A DNA stretch of 32,000 nucleotides from Dickeya solani IPO 2222 (GCF_001644705.1 NZ_CP015137.1:1020001-1052000), one strand, 5' to 3'; shown: positions 9,317 through 23,274, counted from the stretch's first letter. Translations and numbers: made by a program. Notes: a model not told the origin generated them from the sequence alone.

Positions 9317-10611
9317 AGCGTCTCGCCTTTCCCTTTGTGATGCAGCCCGAGTGAAACCAAAAACGCCAACGCCCCCATCAGCGAAACATACCAGAAGAAA
9401 ACCTCTTCCATATCCAGCGATTTCAGCGACAACGCCACGTACTCAGCGGAACCGCCAAACAGAGCATTCGCTACGGCGTAAGACAATCCGACACCCAGCG
9501 CCCGAACTTCCGGAGGAAACATTTCCGCCTTGAGAATGCCGCTAATCGAGGTGTAAAAACTCACGATCACCAGAGCCAACATCACCAACGCAAAGGCGAT
9601 AACCGGGTTGGTTACCCCTTGCAAAGCAGACAGAATCGGCACCGTCAGCAACGCCGATAACACCCCGAAAAACAGCATGGAACTGCGACGTCCGATCTTA
9701 TCGGACAGAGCGCCGAACACGGGTTGTAACAGCATGAAAGCAAACAGCGCCAGTGTCATCAGCCCGCTGGCGGATTTGGCATTCATCCCGGCGGTATTCA
9801 CCAGATATTTCTGCATATAGGTGGTGTAGGTATAGAAGCTCAACGAGCCGCCGGCGGTGAATCCCAGCACCATAATAAAAGCCTTGCGGTTGCGCCACAG
9901 TCCGCGCAGCGATCCGGCATCTTTGTGCGCACGGGTTTCACTGGCTGACGTTTCATTAAGCGAACGTCGCAGAAACAGCGCCACCACGGCCAGCGCAGCG
10001 CCTAACGCAAACGGAATACGCCAGCCCCATGTACGCAGATCCGTATCGGAAAGCAGTTGTTGCAGGATCACCACCACCAGTAACGCCAGCAATTGACCAC
10101 CGATCAGCGTCACGTATTGGAACGACGCATAGAACCCTTTGCGTCCTTCCAGCGCCACTTCGCTCATATAGGTTGCGCTGGTGCCGTACTCCCCGCCAAC
10201 CGACAGCCCCTGAAACAGACGGGCGAACAGTAACAATACGGGGGCCCATACGCCAATTGTCGCATAGCCGGGCAAGCAGGCGATCACTAACGACCCCAGA
10301 CACATCATACACACAGAAATCAGCATCGATTTTTTACGGCCATATTTATCGGCAATATAGCCGAATAACCAGCCGCCAATCGGGCGCATCAAAAAGCCGG
10401 CAGCAAATACGCCGGCGGTCTGTAACAATTGCGTCGTGGTATTGCCGGTCGGGAAAAAGATATGAGCAAAATAGAGAGAACAAAACGAATAGACATAAAA
10501 ATCAAACCATTCCACCAGGTTTCCCGATGACGCGCCAACTATCGCCCAGATACGTTGGCGTGCAGTATTTATGGTTGTTGTTTCTTGTTGTGGGTTTATT
10601 GTATTTGCCAT
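9313..10611 (-). CDS. kgtP: Alpha-ketoglutarate:H+ symporter (MFS)
   Basis: The 432-aa ORF is the same length as E. coli KgtP and very similar to it (..[64 protein letters not shown]..). Confidence 0.95.
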   Translation of the reverse strand: MANTINPQQETTTINTARQRIWAIVGASSGNLVEWFDFYVYSFCSLYFAHIFFPTGNTTTQLLQTAGVFAAGFLMRPIGGWLFGYIADKYGRKKSMLISVCMMCLGSLVIACLPGYATIGVWAPVLLLFARLFQGLSVGGEYGTSATYMSEVALEGRKGFYASFQYVTLIGGQLLALLVVVILQQLLSDTDLRTWGWRIPFALGAALAVVALFLRRSLNETSASETRAHKDAGSLRGLWRNRKAFIMVLGFTAGGSLSFYTYTTYMQKYLVNTAGMNAKSASGLMTLALFAFMLLQPVFGALSDKIGRRSSMLFFGVLSALLTVPILSALQGVTNPVIAFALVMLALVIVSFYTSISGILKAEMFPPEVRALGVGLSYAVANALFGGSAEYVALSLKSLDMEEVFFWYVSLMGALAFLVSLGLHHKGKGETL

Positions 10612-10995
10612 ATAAGCGTTACCCTTCCTGTCTGCTATTTAATGATTATCTTATAGCAGATACAGTAAAACAGGCTCGGTAGTTCAGGCAAAGGCTAACT
10701 GGCTCATGTAATTATTTAAGCTGACGGCGTCACTCTACAATGAAATAACAGCACAGGTTATTTCATTGCGATTAAAGCGGGAAATTCCGGGAATATGATC
10801 AGGATATAATCCGTGAATATGGCGATTCAGGTATAAAAACGTTTGCCATGAGGCATTCAAAAAGTCCTTACCTGCCCCGGCCGAGAAACCCTCATTGATA
10901 ACATACCCGAATTGAATCCCATAGTATCGCTGCAACACTTTCGTTTACCTATAGTAAACGGAATGTCTCAACGCCATTCAGGATGAACAATAGAA

Positions 10996-11031
10996 AAGAA
11001 AAAAGGCCATCCAAATGGATGGCCTTTTTTG
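10996..11031 (-). terminator. Rho-independent terminator of the rRNA operon
   Basis: On the minus strand the sequence is AAAAAAGGCCATCCatttGGATGGCCTTTTTTCTTTTC: an 8-bp GC-rich stem (11005-11024) followed by a U-tract, directly downstream of the distal 5S gene. Confidence 0.75.
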
Positions 11032-11038
11032 CTGTTTG

Positions 11039-11158
11039 ATGTCTGGCAGTTCCCTACTCTCGCATGGGGAGACCCCACACTACCATCGGCGCTACGGCGT
11101 TTCACTTCTGAGTTCGGCATGGGGTCAGGTGGGACCACCGCGCTCTTGCCGCCAGACA
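11039..11158 (-). rRNA. rrf: 5S rRNA, distal copy
   Basis: This 120-nt sequence is the reverse complement of the recalled E. coli 5S sequence (..CCCACCTGACCCCATGCCGAACTCAGAAGTGAAACGCCGTAGCGCCGATGGTAGTGTGGGGTCTCCCCATGCGAGAGTAGGGAACTGCCAG..). Confidence 0.95.
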
Positions 11159-11198
11159 AATTCTTTTATTCAATTTGCCGAACACTATTTAAAACAAG

Positions 11199-11274
11199 TG
11201 GTGCTGATACCCAGAGTCGAACTGGGGACCTCACCCTTACCAAGGGTGCGCTCTACCAACTGAGCCATATCAGC
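11199..11274 (-). tRNA. thrV: tRNA-Thr (anticodon GGU) between the two 5S genes
   Basis: The reverse complement reads GCTGATATGGCTCAGTTGGTAGAGCGCACCCTTGGTAAGGGTGAGGTCCCCAGTTCGACTCTGGGTATCAGCACCA. It folds as a cloverleaf with anticodon loop TTGGTAA and an encoded CCA end. It is identical to recalled E. coli thrV. Confidence 0.95.
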
Positions 11275-11286
11275 ACACATAATTTG

Positions 11287-11406
11287 ATGCCTGGCAGTTC
11301 CCTACTCTCGCATGGGGAGACCCCACACTACCATCGGCGCTACGGCGTTTCACTTCTGAGTTCGGCATGGGGTCAGGTGGGACCACCGCGCTCTCGCCGC
11401 CAGGCA
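11287..11406 (-). rRNA. rrf: 5S rRNA, proximal copy
   Basis: This is a 120-nt 5S sequence that differs from the distal copy at 3 positions (11290/11042, 11395/11147, 11404/11156). Confidence 0.95.
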
Positions 11407-11513
11407 AATTCTTTTCATTCCCGCCGTTGCACCCTTTTGGGCAACCACCGGAACCAATCCTCGAACAAGCTAAATCGCTTTCGTCTCTCTCACCAAAACA
11501 CCTTCGGTGTTGT

Positions 11514-14422
<2,909 letters not shown>

Positions 14423-14527
14423 TCACAACCCGAAAGTGTCTCGGGATGCGGGTATATTGAGAGACTCGACCAGCACACAAACTCACGCTTGCATGCCGTC
14501 GTTTCAAATTATTCAGCTTGTTCCGGA

Positions 14528-14540
14528 TTGTTAAAGAGCA
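14528..14540 (-). promoter_or_regulatory. Spacer boxA antitermination element
   Basis: The minus strand reads TGCTCTTTAACAA, an exact match to the recalled rrn boxA consensus. It lies in the 16S-23S spacer just upstream of 23S. Confidence 0.65.
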
Positions 14541-14591
14541 GAATACTTCGCAGCATACTGTCGCCAGTATACTCTGAAGTCATTCGTAATA

Positions 14592-14667
14592 TGGTGGAGC
14601 TATGCGGGATCGAACCGCAGACCTCCTGCGTGCAAAGCAGGCGCTCTCCCAGCTGAGCTATAGCCCC
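14592..14667 (-). tRNA. tRNA-Ala (anticodon UGC)
   Basis: The reverse complement reads GGGGCTATAGCTCAGCTGGGAGAGCGCCTGCTTTGCACGCAGGAGGTCTGCGGTTCGATCCCGCATAGCTCCACCA. This is the classic spacer tRNA-Ala with the G3:U70 identity pair. Confidence 0.97.
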
Positions 14668-14774
14668 ATCGACGTCGTTAAACCTTTGCCACAACTTCTT
14701 CCGAGACAAGGCGCGCAACGACGACGCATACATCAGTATGCGAGTGATCCGGCAACACAGTATCAGGAGAAACG

Positions 14775-14851
<77 letters not shown>

Positions 14852-14877
14852 ATAAGGTTTCACTGCTCGATTACTTC

Positions 14878-14895
14878 ATCAGACAATCTGTGTGG
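14878..14895 (-). other. 3' half of the 16S precursor processing (RNase III) stem
   Basis: atcagacaatctgtgtgg is the perfect 18-nt reverse complement of 16586-16603, so the two segments bracket the 16S gene. Confidence 0.7.
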
Positions 14896-14920
14896 ACACC
14901 ACGCAGGCACTTCAACTCGG

Positions 14921-16462
<1,542 letters not shown>

Positions 16463-16585
16463 AAAGTTTGATGCTGCTTCCTAAGAAGCGGTGCTCAAAG
16501 AATTTACTGTTAGTTCATATGAATTAACTGTTGTCACTCTTCAAGACTTTTCACTTAATTTTTTAGTGAAGTGTCCTGCGAGTGC

Positions 16586-16603
16586 CCACACAGATTGTCT
16601 GAT
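16586..16603 (-). other. 5' half of the 16S precursor processing (RNase III) stem
   Basis: ccacacagattgtctgat is perfectly complementary to 14878-14895. Confidence 0.7.
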
Positions 16604-16606
16604 TGA

Positions 16607-16619
16607 TTGTTAAAGAGCG
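16607..16619 (-). promoter_or_regulatory. Leader boxA antitermination element
   Basis: The minus strand reads CGCTCTTTAACAA, matching 12 of 13 positions of the boxA consensus TGCTCTTTAACAA. It lies between P2 and the 16S gene. Confidence 0.6.
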
Positions 16620-16657
16620 GTGCGACCGGCTTGCAGCCTGCTGTCGCGAGGTGGCGT

Positions 16658-16685
16658 ATACTACGCTTTCCTCATTCAGAGTCAA
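16658..16685 (-). promoter_or_regulatory. rrn P2 promoter
   Basis: The minus strand reads TTGACT-16 nt-TAGTAT followed by a GC-rich discriminator (acgccacc). This parallels recalled E. coli rrnB P2 (TTGACT..TATTAT). Confidence 0.6.
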
Positions 16686-16755
16686 CGACTTTTTTCTCGC
16701 TTCCCCTGCCTGACACCGCGCTGCGTTTCCGCTGTTGCCGTGTCAGTGGATGCGC

Positions 16756-16783
16756 ATTATAGGGATCCGAACGGGTTACACAA
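16756..16783 (-). promoter_or_regulatory. rrn P1 promoter
   Basis: The minus strand reads TTGTGT-16 nt-TATAAT followed by the GCGC discriminator, with an A-rich UP-like tract (ggaaaaaaagagtgagaaagtgg) immediately upstream. The 16-bp spacer and GC discriminator are the hallmarks of rrn P1. Confidence 0.7.
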
Positions 16784-16832
16784 CCACTTTCTCACTCTTT
16801 TTTTCCGTTCGCGCATTTTTCCACCCTTACGG

Positions 16833-17399
16833 CTATTTTACGCGCTGTTTGATCGTTTTTGGCAGGTCCGCCAGGCTATCTATTAGCCAGTCAGCCAATT
16901 TTTCGCCTTCTTCGGTGACCGGTTTGCCGGTTTTAACCAATACCTTAGTTCCTACCCCTGCGGCCTGCGCGGCCTGCATATCTTCTATTTTGTCGCCCAC
17001 CATATAAGAAGCGGCCATATCAATGTGCAAATGGCGCTGCGCAGAGAGAAACATCCCCGGCTGAGGTTTACGGCAATCACACTGCTGACGATATTCCCCT
17101 TCACCATCATCAGGGTGATGCGGGCAATAATAGATACCGTCCAGGTCAACGCCACGGTCGGCCAGCGACCAATCCATCCACTCGGTCAGTTGCATGAACT
17201 GATCTTCGGTAAACTTGCCTCTGGCAATCCCTGACTGGTTGGTCACCAGTACCAGAGCAAAGCCCATTTTTTTGAGTTCATGCAAGGCGTCAATCACGCC
17301 GTCAATGAACTGGAACTGATCGACTTCATGGACATAGCCATGATCAACATTAATAGTACCGTCACGGTCGAGAAAAATTGCAGGGACGCTATTTGCCAC
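16833..17399 (-). CDS. gmhB: D-glycero-beta-D-manno-heptose-1,7-bisphosphate 7-phosphatase (HAD family)
   Basis: The 188-aa ORF ([59 protein letters not shown]) matches recalled E. coli GmhB. It has a GTG start with an AGGAG Shine-Dalgarno sequence 8 nt upstream. Confidence 0.95.
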   Translation of the reverse strand: MANSVPAIFLDRDGTINVDHGYVHEVDQFQFIDGVIDALHELKKMGFALVLVTNQSGIARGKFTEDQFMQLTEWMDWSLADRGVDLDGIYYCPHHPDDGEGEYRQQCDCRKPQPGMFLSAQRHLHIDMAASYMVGDKIEDMQAAQAAGVGTKVLVKTGKPVTEEGEKLADWLIDSLADLPKTIKQRVK

Positions 17400-17485
17400 T
17401 TACCTTTGCTCCTGATGGCGTAAATTGTGCTTAGTATCGCATGTTTTCATCACCAGAGAGAATGCCATCCCTGACGGGATCTCGA

Positions 17486-17514
17486 TTGACTTAGACGTCT
17501 AGACGCCTTAACAT
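17486..17514 (+). promoter_or_regulatory. metNIQ promoter with two tandem MetJ boxes in the spacer
   Basis: The promoter reads TTGACT-17 nt-TAACAT. The spacer contains AGACGTCT (17493-17500, an exact metbox consensus) directly followed by AGACGCCT (17501-17508, 7 of 8 matches). Confidence 0.7.
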
Positions 17515-17580
17515 CCCCTTCCACATTGGGTCGGAATATTATGGTTTCTTATCCGGCCATCGTCATCTTTGATAAAACTT

Positions 17581-18612
17581 ATGATTGAACTGATTAATAT
17601 TACAAAGGTTTTCCAGCAAAAAGGACGCACCGTCACTGCGCTTGACGACGTGTCATTACGCGTGCCTGCGGGTCAGATTTATGGCGTGATTGGCGCATCT
17701 GGCGCAGGTAAAAGCACGCTGATTCGTTGCGTGAATCTGCTGGAAAGACCGACTCAAGGGAAAGTGCTGATCGACGGGAAGGACCAGATGAACCTGTCAG
17801 AAAGCCAACTGACGCGCACCCGCCGTCAAATCGGCATGATATTCCAGCACTTCAATTTGTTGTCCTCACGTACCGTATTCGGCAATGTGTCGCTACCGCT
17901 GGAGCTGGACAACACGCCCACGGCTGAAATCAAACAACGAGTGCATCAGCTTCTGGACCTGGTCGGGCTGGCGGACAAACATGACGCCTACCCGGCTAAC
18001 CTGTCCGGCGGGCAAAAACAGCGCGTCGCTATTGCCCGTGCACTGGCAAGCAACCCCAAAGTACTGTTGTGCGATGAAGCGACCAGCGCGCTGGACCCCG
18101 CCACCACCCGTTCTATTCTTGAATTGCTGAAAGACATCAATCGTCGGCTGGGGCTAACGATTCTGTTGATTACTCATGAGATGGATGTGGTCAAACGTAT
18201 CTGCGATCAGGTGGCGGTTATCAGTGATGGCAAACTGATTGAGCAAGATACGGTCAGCGAAGTGTTTTCGCACCCGAAAACGCCGCTGGCGCAGAAATTT
18301 ATCCAATCCACCCTGCACCTGGATATCCCGGATGACTATCAGCAGCGACTGTCGGCGACGCCTCGTCCGAACAGCGTGCCGCTGCTGCGTATGGAATTTA
18401 CCGGCCAGTCGGTTGACGCGCCGTTACTGTCTGAAGTAGCCCGGACATTCAACGTCAACAACAACATTATCAGCGCGCAGATGGATTACGCCGGCGGCGT
18501 GAAATTCGGCATCATGCTGGCCGAAATGCACGGGCAAGAAACCGACACTCAGGCAGCCATCGCCTTTCTGCAGCAACATCACGTGAATATTGAGGTATTG
18601 GGTTATGTCTGA
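17581..18612 (+). CDS. metN: Methionine ABC transporter ATP-binding protein
   Basis: Starting at ATG 17581 the product is 343 aa, the same as E. coli MetN, and begins [11 protein letters not shown]. It has Walker [10 protein letters not shown], the signature LSGGQKQR, and the C-terminal NIL domain. The track start (TTG 17569) is probably too far upstream. Confidence 0.95.
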   Translation: MIELINITKVFQQKGRTVTALDDVSLRVPAGQIYGVIGASGAGKSTLIRCVNLLERPTQGKVLIDGKDQMNLSESQLTRTRRQIGMIFQHFNLLSSRTVFGNVSLPLELDNTPTAEIKQRVHQLLDLVGLADKHDAYPANLSGGQKQRVAIARALASNPKVLLCDEATSALDPATTRSILELLKDINRRLGLTILLITHEMDVVKRICDQVAVISDGKLIEQDTVSEVFSHPKTPLAQKFIQSTLHLDIPDDYQQRLSATPRPNSVPLLRMEFTGQSVDAPLLSEVARTFNVNNNIISAQMDYAGGVKFGIMLAEMHGQETDTQAAIAFLQQHHVNIEVLGYV

Positions 18613-19258
18613 AGCCATGCTCTGGTTGATTGCCCGCGGCGTTTGGGAGACCGTGGTGATGACATTCGTATCCGGCTTTTTCGGTTTTATGCTGGGTTTA
18701 CCTGTCGGCGTGCTGTTGTATATCACCCGCCCCGGGCAGATTATCGCCAACCCTAAGCTCTATAGCAGCCTTTCCGCGTTGGTGAATATCTTCCGCTCCA
18801 TCCCATTCATTATTCTGCTGGTGTGGATGATTCCGTTTACCCGGGTAATTGTCGGTACCGCTATCGGCCTGCAGGCCGCAATAGTTCCCTTGACGGTGGG
18901 AGCGGCGCCGTTTATTGCCCGCATGGTGGAAAACGCCTTGCTGGAAATTCCGACCGGATTGATCGAAGCAGCACGCGCCATGGGCGCCACGCCGCTGCAG
19001 ATTATCCGTAAGATTCTGCTGCCCGAAGCCCTTCCCGGTCTGATCAACGCCGCCACTATTACATTGATTACGCTGGTAGGTTATTCAGCCATGGGCGGTG
19101 CGGTCGGTGCCGGTGGTCTGGGGCAGATTGGTTATCAGTATGGTTACGTCGGCTATAACGCCACCGTGATGAATACCGTACTGATCTTGCTGGTGGTTCT
19201 GGTTTATCTCATTCAGTTTTTTGGTGACAGAGCAGTTCGCGCGGTTACCCATAAATAA
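18605..19258 (+). CDS. metI: Methionine ABC transporter permease
   Basis: Starting at ATG 18605 the product is 217 aa, the same as E. coli MetI ([16 protein letters not shown]..). The start overlaps the metN stop (ATGTCTGA), suggesting translational coupling. Confidence 0.95.
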   Translation: MSEAMLWLIARGVWETVVMTFVSGFFGFMLGLPVGVLLYITRPGQIIANPKLYSSLSALVNIFRSIPFIILLVWMIPFTRVIVGTAIGLQAAIVPLTVGAAPFIARMVENALLEIPTGLIEAARAMGATPLQIIRKILLPEALPGLINAATITLITLVGYSAMGGAVGAGGLGQIGYQYGYVGYNATVMNTVLILLVVLVYLIQFFGDRAVRAVTHK

Positions 19259-19320
19259 CGGGTTTTATCATCGCGTCTATTATTTTCGGTGCAGGTTAAA
19301 ACATTAAACAGAGGTAAAAA

Positions 19321-20136
19321 ATGGCAATTAAATTGAAATCTCTCGCGACGGTTGGTGCGTTGATTGGTGTGCTGGCGCTGGCCGGATGTGGTCAGGAACA
19401 GAAAAACCCTAACCACATTAAAGTCGGCGTGATCGTCGGCGCCGAGCAGCAGGTAGCGGAAGTGGCGCAGAAAGTCGCCAAGGAAAAATACGGTCTGGAT
19501 GTCGAGCTGGTTACCTTTAATGATTACGTGCTGCCGAACGAAGCGCTGAGCAAAGGCGATATCGACCTGAACGCCTTCCAACACAAACCGTACCTCGACC
19601 AGCAGATCAAAGATCGCGGCTATAAACTGGTTTCCGTCGGCAACACCTTTGTGTACCCGATCGCCGGTTACTCCAAAAAGATCAAATCATTGAATGAGCT
19701 GCAGAACGGCGCCCAAATCGCTCTGCCTAACGACCCGACCAACCTGGGCCGTTCACTGTTGCTGTTGCAAAAAGTCGGCTTGCTCAAACTGAAAGACAAC
19801 GTTGGCCTGCTGCCGACCGTGCTGGATGTGACTGAAAACCCGAAAAACCTGAAGCTGGTCGAACTGGAAGCACCGCAGTTGCCACGCTCTTTGGATGACG
19901 ATCAAATTGCTCTGGCCATCATCAACACTACTTATGCCAGCCAGATCAACCTGACCCCGGCTAAAGACGGTTTGTTCGTGGAAGAAAAAGACTCGCCGTA
20001 CGTTAACCTGCTGGTTGCTCGTGAAGACAATAAAGATGCAGAAAACGTGAAAAAATTCGTAAAGGCTTATCAGTCTGACGAAGTAAATCAGGCGGCGCTG
20101 AAAGTATTTAATGGTGGCGCGGTGAAAGGCTGGTAA
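19321..20136 (+). CDS. metQ: Methionine-binding lipoprotein
   Basis: The 271-aa ORF has the lipobox LAGC and is nearly identical in long stretches to recalled E. coli MetQ (..NHIKVGVIVGAEQQVAEVAQKVAKEKYGLDVELVTFNDYVLPNEALSKGDID..). Confidence 0.95.
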   Translation: MAIKLKSLATVGALIGVLALAGCGQEQKNPNHIKVGVIVGAEQQVAEVAQKVAKEKYGLDVELVTFNDYVLPNEALSKGDIDLNAFQHKPYLDQQIKDRGYKLVSVGNTFVYPIAGYSKKIKSLNELQNGAQIALPNDPTNLGRSLLLLQKVGLLKLKDNVGLLPTVLDVTENPKNLKLVELEAPQLPRSLDDDQIALAIINTTYASQINLTPAKDGLFVEEKDSPYVNLLVAREDNKDAENVKKFVKAYQSDEVNQAALKVFNGGAVKGW

Positions 20137-20168
20137 GTTAATACTTACTTTCTTGCACAAAAGAGATG

Positions 20169-20199
20169 AAAGACGGGCAACTGCCCGTCTTGTTATTTT
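20169..20199 (+). terminator. Rho-independent terminator after metQ
   Basis: The sequence is AAGACGGGC-aact-GCCCGTCTT followed by gTTaTTTT. Confidence 0.75.
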
Positions 20200-20250
20200 C
20201 TGTATTGCTTGCTTCAATAACCGCACTTTATCCAAGCCAGAGGAAAATTT

Positions 20251-20658
20251 ATGCGTGCTGTACCTATTCTGCTGTTGGCGTTTTCGCTAACAGGATGTTC
20301 CCTGCTGCACAAACCTGCTGCGCCGGCACCACAACCGCAGACACCAGTGGCTGTGGAACCTCCGCCGAAGCCGAAGCCGGTCACGCATACCGCCCCTGCC
20401 GTACTGTATAAAAGTGCTGAAGAACTGGTAGGCAAACCGTTCCGCGATATGGGTGAAGTGTCTGGTTCATCCTGCCAGGCCAGCGCACAGGATACGCCGC
20501 CCAGCATTCCGTCTGCCCGCAGAAGAATGCAGAATCGCGCCACCGCCATGAAAGCCAATGCCGTGCTGCTGCATGACTGCCAGATCATCAGTAATGTAGC
20601 AGGGTGCTACCGTCAGGCCGTCTGCCAGGGTTCTGCACTGAAAGTTTCCGCGCAATGA
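20251..20658 (+). CDS. rcsF: Outer-membrane lipoprotein RcsF (Rcs phosphorelay sensor)
   Basis: The 135-aa ORF has the lipobox LTGC, a Pro-rich linker, and the conserved core AEELVGKPFRDMGEVSGSSCQAS..PPSIPSARRRM..MKANAVLLHDC..GCYRQAVCQGSAL with the four Cys residues. Confidence 0.92.
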   Translation: MRAVPILLLAFSLTGCSLLHKPAAPAPQPQTPVAVEPPPKPKPVTHTAPAVLYKSAEELVGKPFRDMGEVSGSSCQASAQDTPPSIPSARRRMQNRATAMKANAVLLHDCQIISNVAGCYRQAVCQGSALKVSAQ

Positions 20659-21362
20659 GCCAATTTTGCTTTAATCAGATCGGCGTTATCCACTCACCTT
20701 ATAAAGAAAAATTTGCCGTACCCCGACAGCCCGGTCTGATTAAGGATGGCGGCGGAGAATTACATCTCCTCTCGCCTTATAACCAACCCGAGGCCGTACG
20801 CGGGCTCGAAGATTTCAGTCACCTGTGGCTGCTGTTCATTTTCCACCAGACAGCCTCCGCGGGCTGGCGCCCAACGGTCAGGCCGCCTCGCCTGGGCGGC
20901 AATGCCCGCATGGGAGTGTTCGCTACCCGCTCAACGTTTCGTCCTAACCCGATCGGTATGTCGCTGGTTGAACTGAAAGCGGTACGCACCATGCGGGATA
21001 GCGTGATACTGGAGCTGGGTAGTCTGGATCTGGTGGATGGCACCCCAGTCGTGGACATCAAACCCTACCTGCCGTTCGCGGAAAGCCAGCCACAGGCACG
21101 CGCCGGTTTTGCCCAGTTGGCGCCCGAAGCCGATATGCCGATCCATTTTTCCGTTCTGGCGGAACAGCAACTGACGGAACATCAGCCACGTCACCCAAAT
21201 CTGCGGCGTTTCATTAGCCAGGTGCTGGCGCAGGATCCCCGCCCGGCTTACCGCAAAGGGGAAGATGATCTCAAGGTCTATGCCGCCCGGCTGCTGGAAT
21301 TTAATGTCCGCTGGCACGTGATCGACGGGCAAACGGAAGTCATCAGCCTTGATGTCGGTTAA
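20655..21362 (+). CDS. trmO: tRNA m6t6A37 methyltransferase TrmO (TsaA/YaeB)
   Basis: Starting at ATG 20655 the product is 235 aa, the same as E. coli YaeB (..IGVIHSPYKEKFAVPRQPGL..WRPTVRPPRLGGNARMGVFATRSTFRPNPIGMSLVEL..). The start overlaps the rcsF stop (ATGA). The track start at 20604 is an upstream extension. Confidence 0.92.
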   Translation: MSQFCFNQIGVIHSPYKEKFAVPRQPGLIKDGGGELHLLSPYNQPEAVRGLEDFSHLWLLFIFHQTASAGWRPTVRPPRLGGNARMGVFATRSTFRPNPIGMSLVELKAVRTMRDSVILELGSLDLVDGTPVVDIKPYLPFAESQPQARAGFAQLAPEADMPIHFSVLAEQQLTEHQPRHPNLRRFISQVLAQDPRPAYRKGEDDLKVYAARLLEFNVRWHVIDGQTEVISLDVG

Positions 21363-21477
21363 AAAACATCGCTGCGCCTTTTGGGGAACGGCCCGCACTG
21401 GTAAACTAAACCACTTTTTCTGCCTGAACCACATTGTGGTTAATGCTATTTATTTGTTCTGACGGAACTCAAACATC

Positions 21478-23196
21478 ATGCGTACAAGTCAATACATGCT
21501 CTCCACGCTGAAGGAGACGCCCGCCGATGCCGAAGTCATCAGCCATCAGTTAATGCTGCGAGCCGGGATGATTCGTAAACTGGCTTCAGGCCTTTACACC
21601 TGGTTGCCGACCGGGTTGCGGGTGCTGAAAAAAGTCGAAAACATCGTGCGTGAAGAAATGGACAATGCCGGCGCCATCGAAATTTCGATGCCGGTGGTTC
21701 AACCCGCCGACCTGTGGCAGGAAAGCGGCCGCTGGGAACAATATGGTCCGGAGCTACTGCGCTTTGTTGACCGTGGCGACCGCCCGTTTGTGCTCGGCCC
21801 GACGCATGAAGAAGTCATCACCGATTTGATCCGCAATGAAATCAGCTCCTACAAGCAGTTACCGCTGAATTTCTATCAGATCCAGACCAAATTCCGCGAC
21901 GAAGTCCGCCCGCGTTTTGGCGTGATGCGCGCCCGCGAGTTCCTGATGAAGGATGCCTACTCGTTCCACACCACGCAGGAATCCCTGCAGGTCACTTACG
22001 ATGCCATGTACGCGGCCTACAGCAAGATTTTCAGCCGGATGGATCTCGATTTCCGCCCCGTACAGGCCGATACCGGTTCTATCGGCGGCAACGCATCGCA
22101 TGAATTCCAGGTTCTGGCCAGCAGCGGCGAAGACGACATCGTGTTCTCTACCGAGTCGGATTACGCCGCCAACATTGAACTGGCGGAAGCCATCGCGCCG
22201 CAACATGGCCTAAGCGCGCCGACTCAAGCCATGACGCTGGTGGAGACCCCGAACGCCAAAACCATCGCCGAACTGGTGGAACAATTCGCCGTGCCGGTGG
22301 AAAAAACCGTCAAGACGCTGCTGGTGAAAGCAACCGAAGAAAGCGGCCATAAGTTGGTTGCGCTGCTGGTGCGTGGCGATCATGAACTGAACGAAGTCAA
22401 AGCGGAAAAACTGGAGCTGGTCGCCAGCCCGCTGACCTTCGCTACTGAAGAAGAGATCCGTGCGGCGGTGAAAGCGGGTCCTGGCTCGCTGGGACCGGTG
22501 AATCTGCCGGTGCCGGTAGTTATCGACCGTACCGTAGCAGCAATGAGCGATTTCAGCGCCGGCGCTAATATCGACGGCAAACACTACTTCGGCATTAACT
22601 GGGAACGCGATACCGCTCTGCCACAAGTTGCCGATATCCGTAACGTGGTGGAAGGCGACCGCAGCCCAGACGGCAAAGGCACGCTGCTTATCAAGCGTGG
22701 TATTGAAGTTGGTCATATCTTCCAGCTGGGTAAAAAGTACTCCGAAGCCTTAAAAGCGACGGTTCAGGGCGAAGACGGCCGTAACCAAACCCTGACCATG
22801 GGGTGTTATGGTATCGGCGTAACGCGCGTGATCGCCGCTGCCATTGAGCAGAACCACGACGACCGCGGCATTATCTGGCCTGACGCCATTGCACCTTTCC
22901 AGGTGGCGATTCTGCCGATGAACATGCATAAATCCTTCCGCGTGCAGGAAGCGGCCGAAGCTATCTACCAGCAGTTGCGCGCCAACGGCGTCGATGTATT
23001 GCTGGACGATCGCAAAGAGCGCCCCGGCGTAATGTTTGCGGACATGGAACTGATCGGTATTCCGCACACCATCGTGATTGGCGACCGCAACCTGGATAAC
23101 GACGAGATCGAGTACAAGCATCGCCGTAAAGGCGAAAAAGAGATGATCAAGGCCGGCGATATCGTCGAGTTCCTGCTGTCTCAGTGTGCCCGATAA
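21478..23196 (+). CDS. proS: Prolyl-tRNA synthetase
   Basis: The 572-aa ORF is the same length as E. coli ProS and begins [50 protein letters not shown]. Confidence 0.97.
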   Translation: MRTSQYMLSTLKETPADAEVISHQLMLRAGMIRKLASGLYTWLPTGLRVLKKVENIVREEMDNAGAIEISMPVVQPADLWQESGRWEQYGPELLRFVDRGDRPFVLGPTHEEVITDLIRNEISSYKQLPLNFYQIQTKFRDEVRPRFGVMRAREFLMKDAYSFHTTQESLQVTYDAMYAAYSKIFSRMDLDFRPVQADTGSIGGNASHEFQVLASSGEDDIVFSTESDYAANIELAEAIAPQHGLSAPTQAMTLVETPNAKTIAELVEQFAVPVEKTVKTLLVKATEESGHKLVALLVRGDHELNEVKAEKLELVASPLTFATEEEIRAAVKAGPGSLGPVNLPVPVVIDRTVAAMSDFSAGANIDGKHYFGINWERDTALPQVADIRNVVEGDRSPDGKGTLLIKRGIEVGHIFQLGKKYSEALKATVQGEDGRNQTLTMGCYGIGVTRVIAAAIEQNHDDRGIIWPDAIAPFQVAILPMNMHKSFRVQEAAEAIYQQLRANGVDVLLDDRKERPGVMFADMELIGIPHTIVIGDRNLDNDEIEYKHRRKGEKEMIKAGDIVEFLLSQCAR

Positions 23197-23217
23197 CACA
23201 CGGACCGAATTGCAGAC

Positions 23218-23251
23218 ATAAAAAATGGTGGGATATCCCACCATTTTTTTG
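23218..23251. terminator. Bidirectional rho-independent terminator shared by convergent proS and rpoS
   Basis: The sequence is ataaaaaATGGTGGGAT|ATCCCACCATttttttt: a perfect 20-nt palindrome (23225-23244) flanked by an A-tract and a T-tract. Confidence 0.8.
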
Positions 23252-23274
23252 TGCCATGTTAGTTATTGTGCGAG

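Noticed and set aside
10735-10938. A 67-aa minus-strand ORF in the AT-rich kgtP-rrn spacer
   Set aside because: It has a GTG start with no Shine-Dalgarno sequence, no recognisable motif and no membrane or signal features. It overlaps the 12-bp palindrome. I cannot support it as a gene without conservation or expression data.
21427-21441. The perfect palindrome AACCACA-T-TGTGGTT, 36 nt upstream of the proS start
   Set aside because: It is short (7-bp arms), has no adjacent U-tract, and matches no regulator motif known to me. It could be a minor hairpin in the trmO-proS spacer, and the evidence is insufficient to call a feature.
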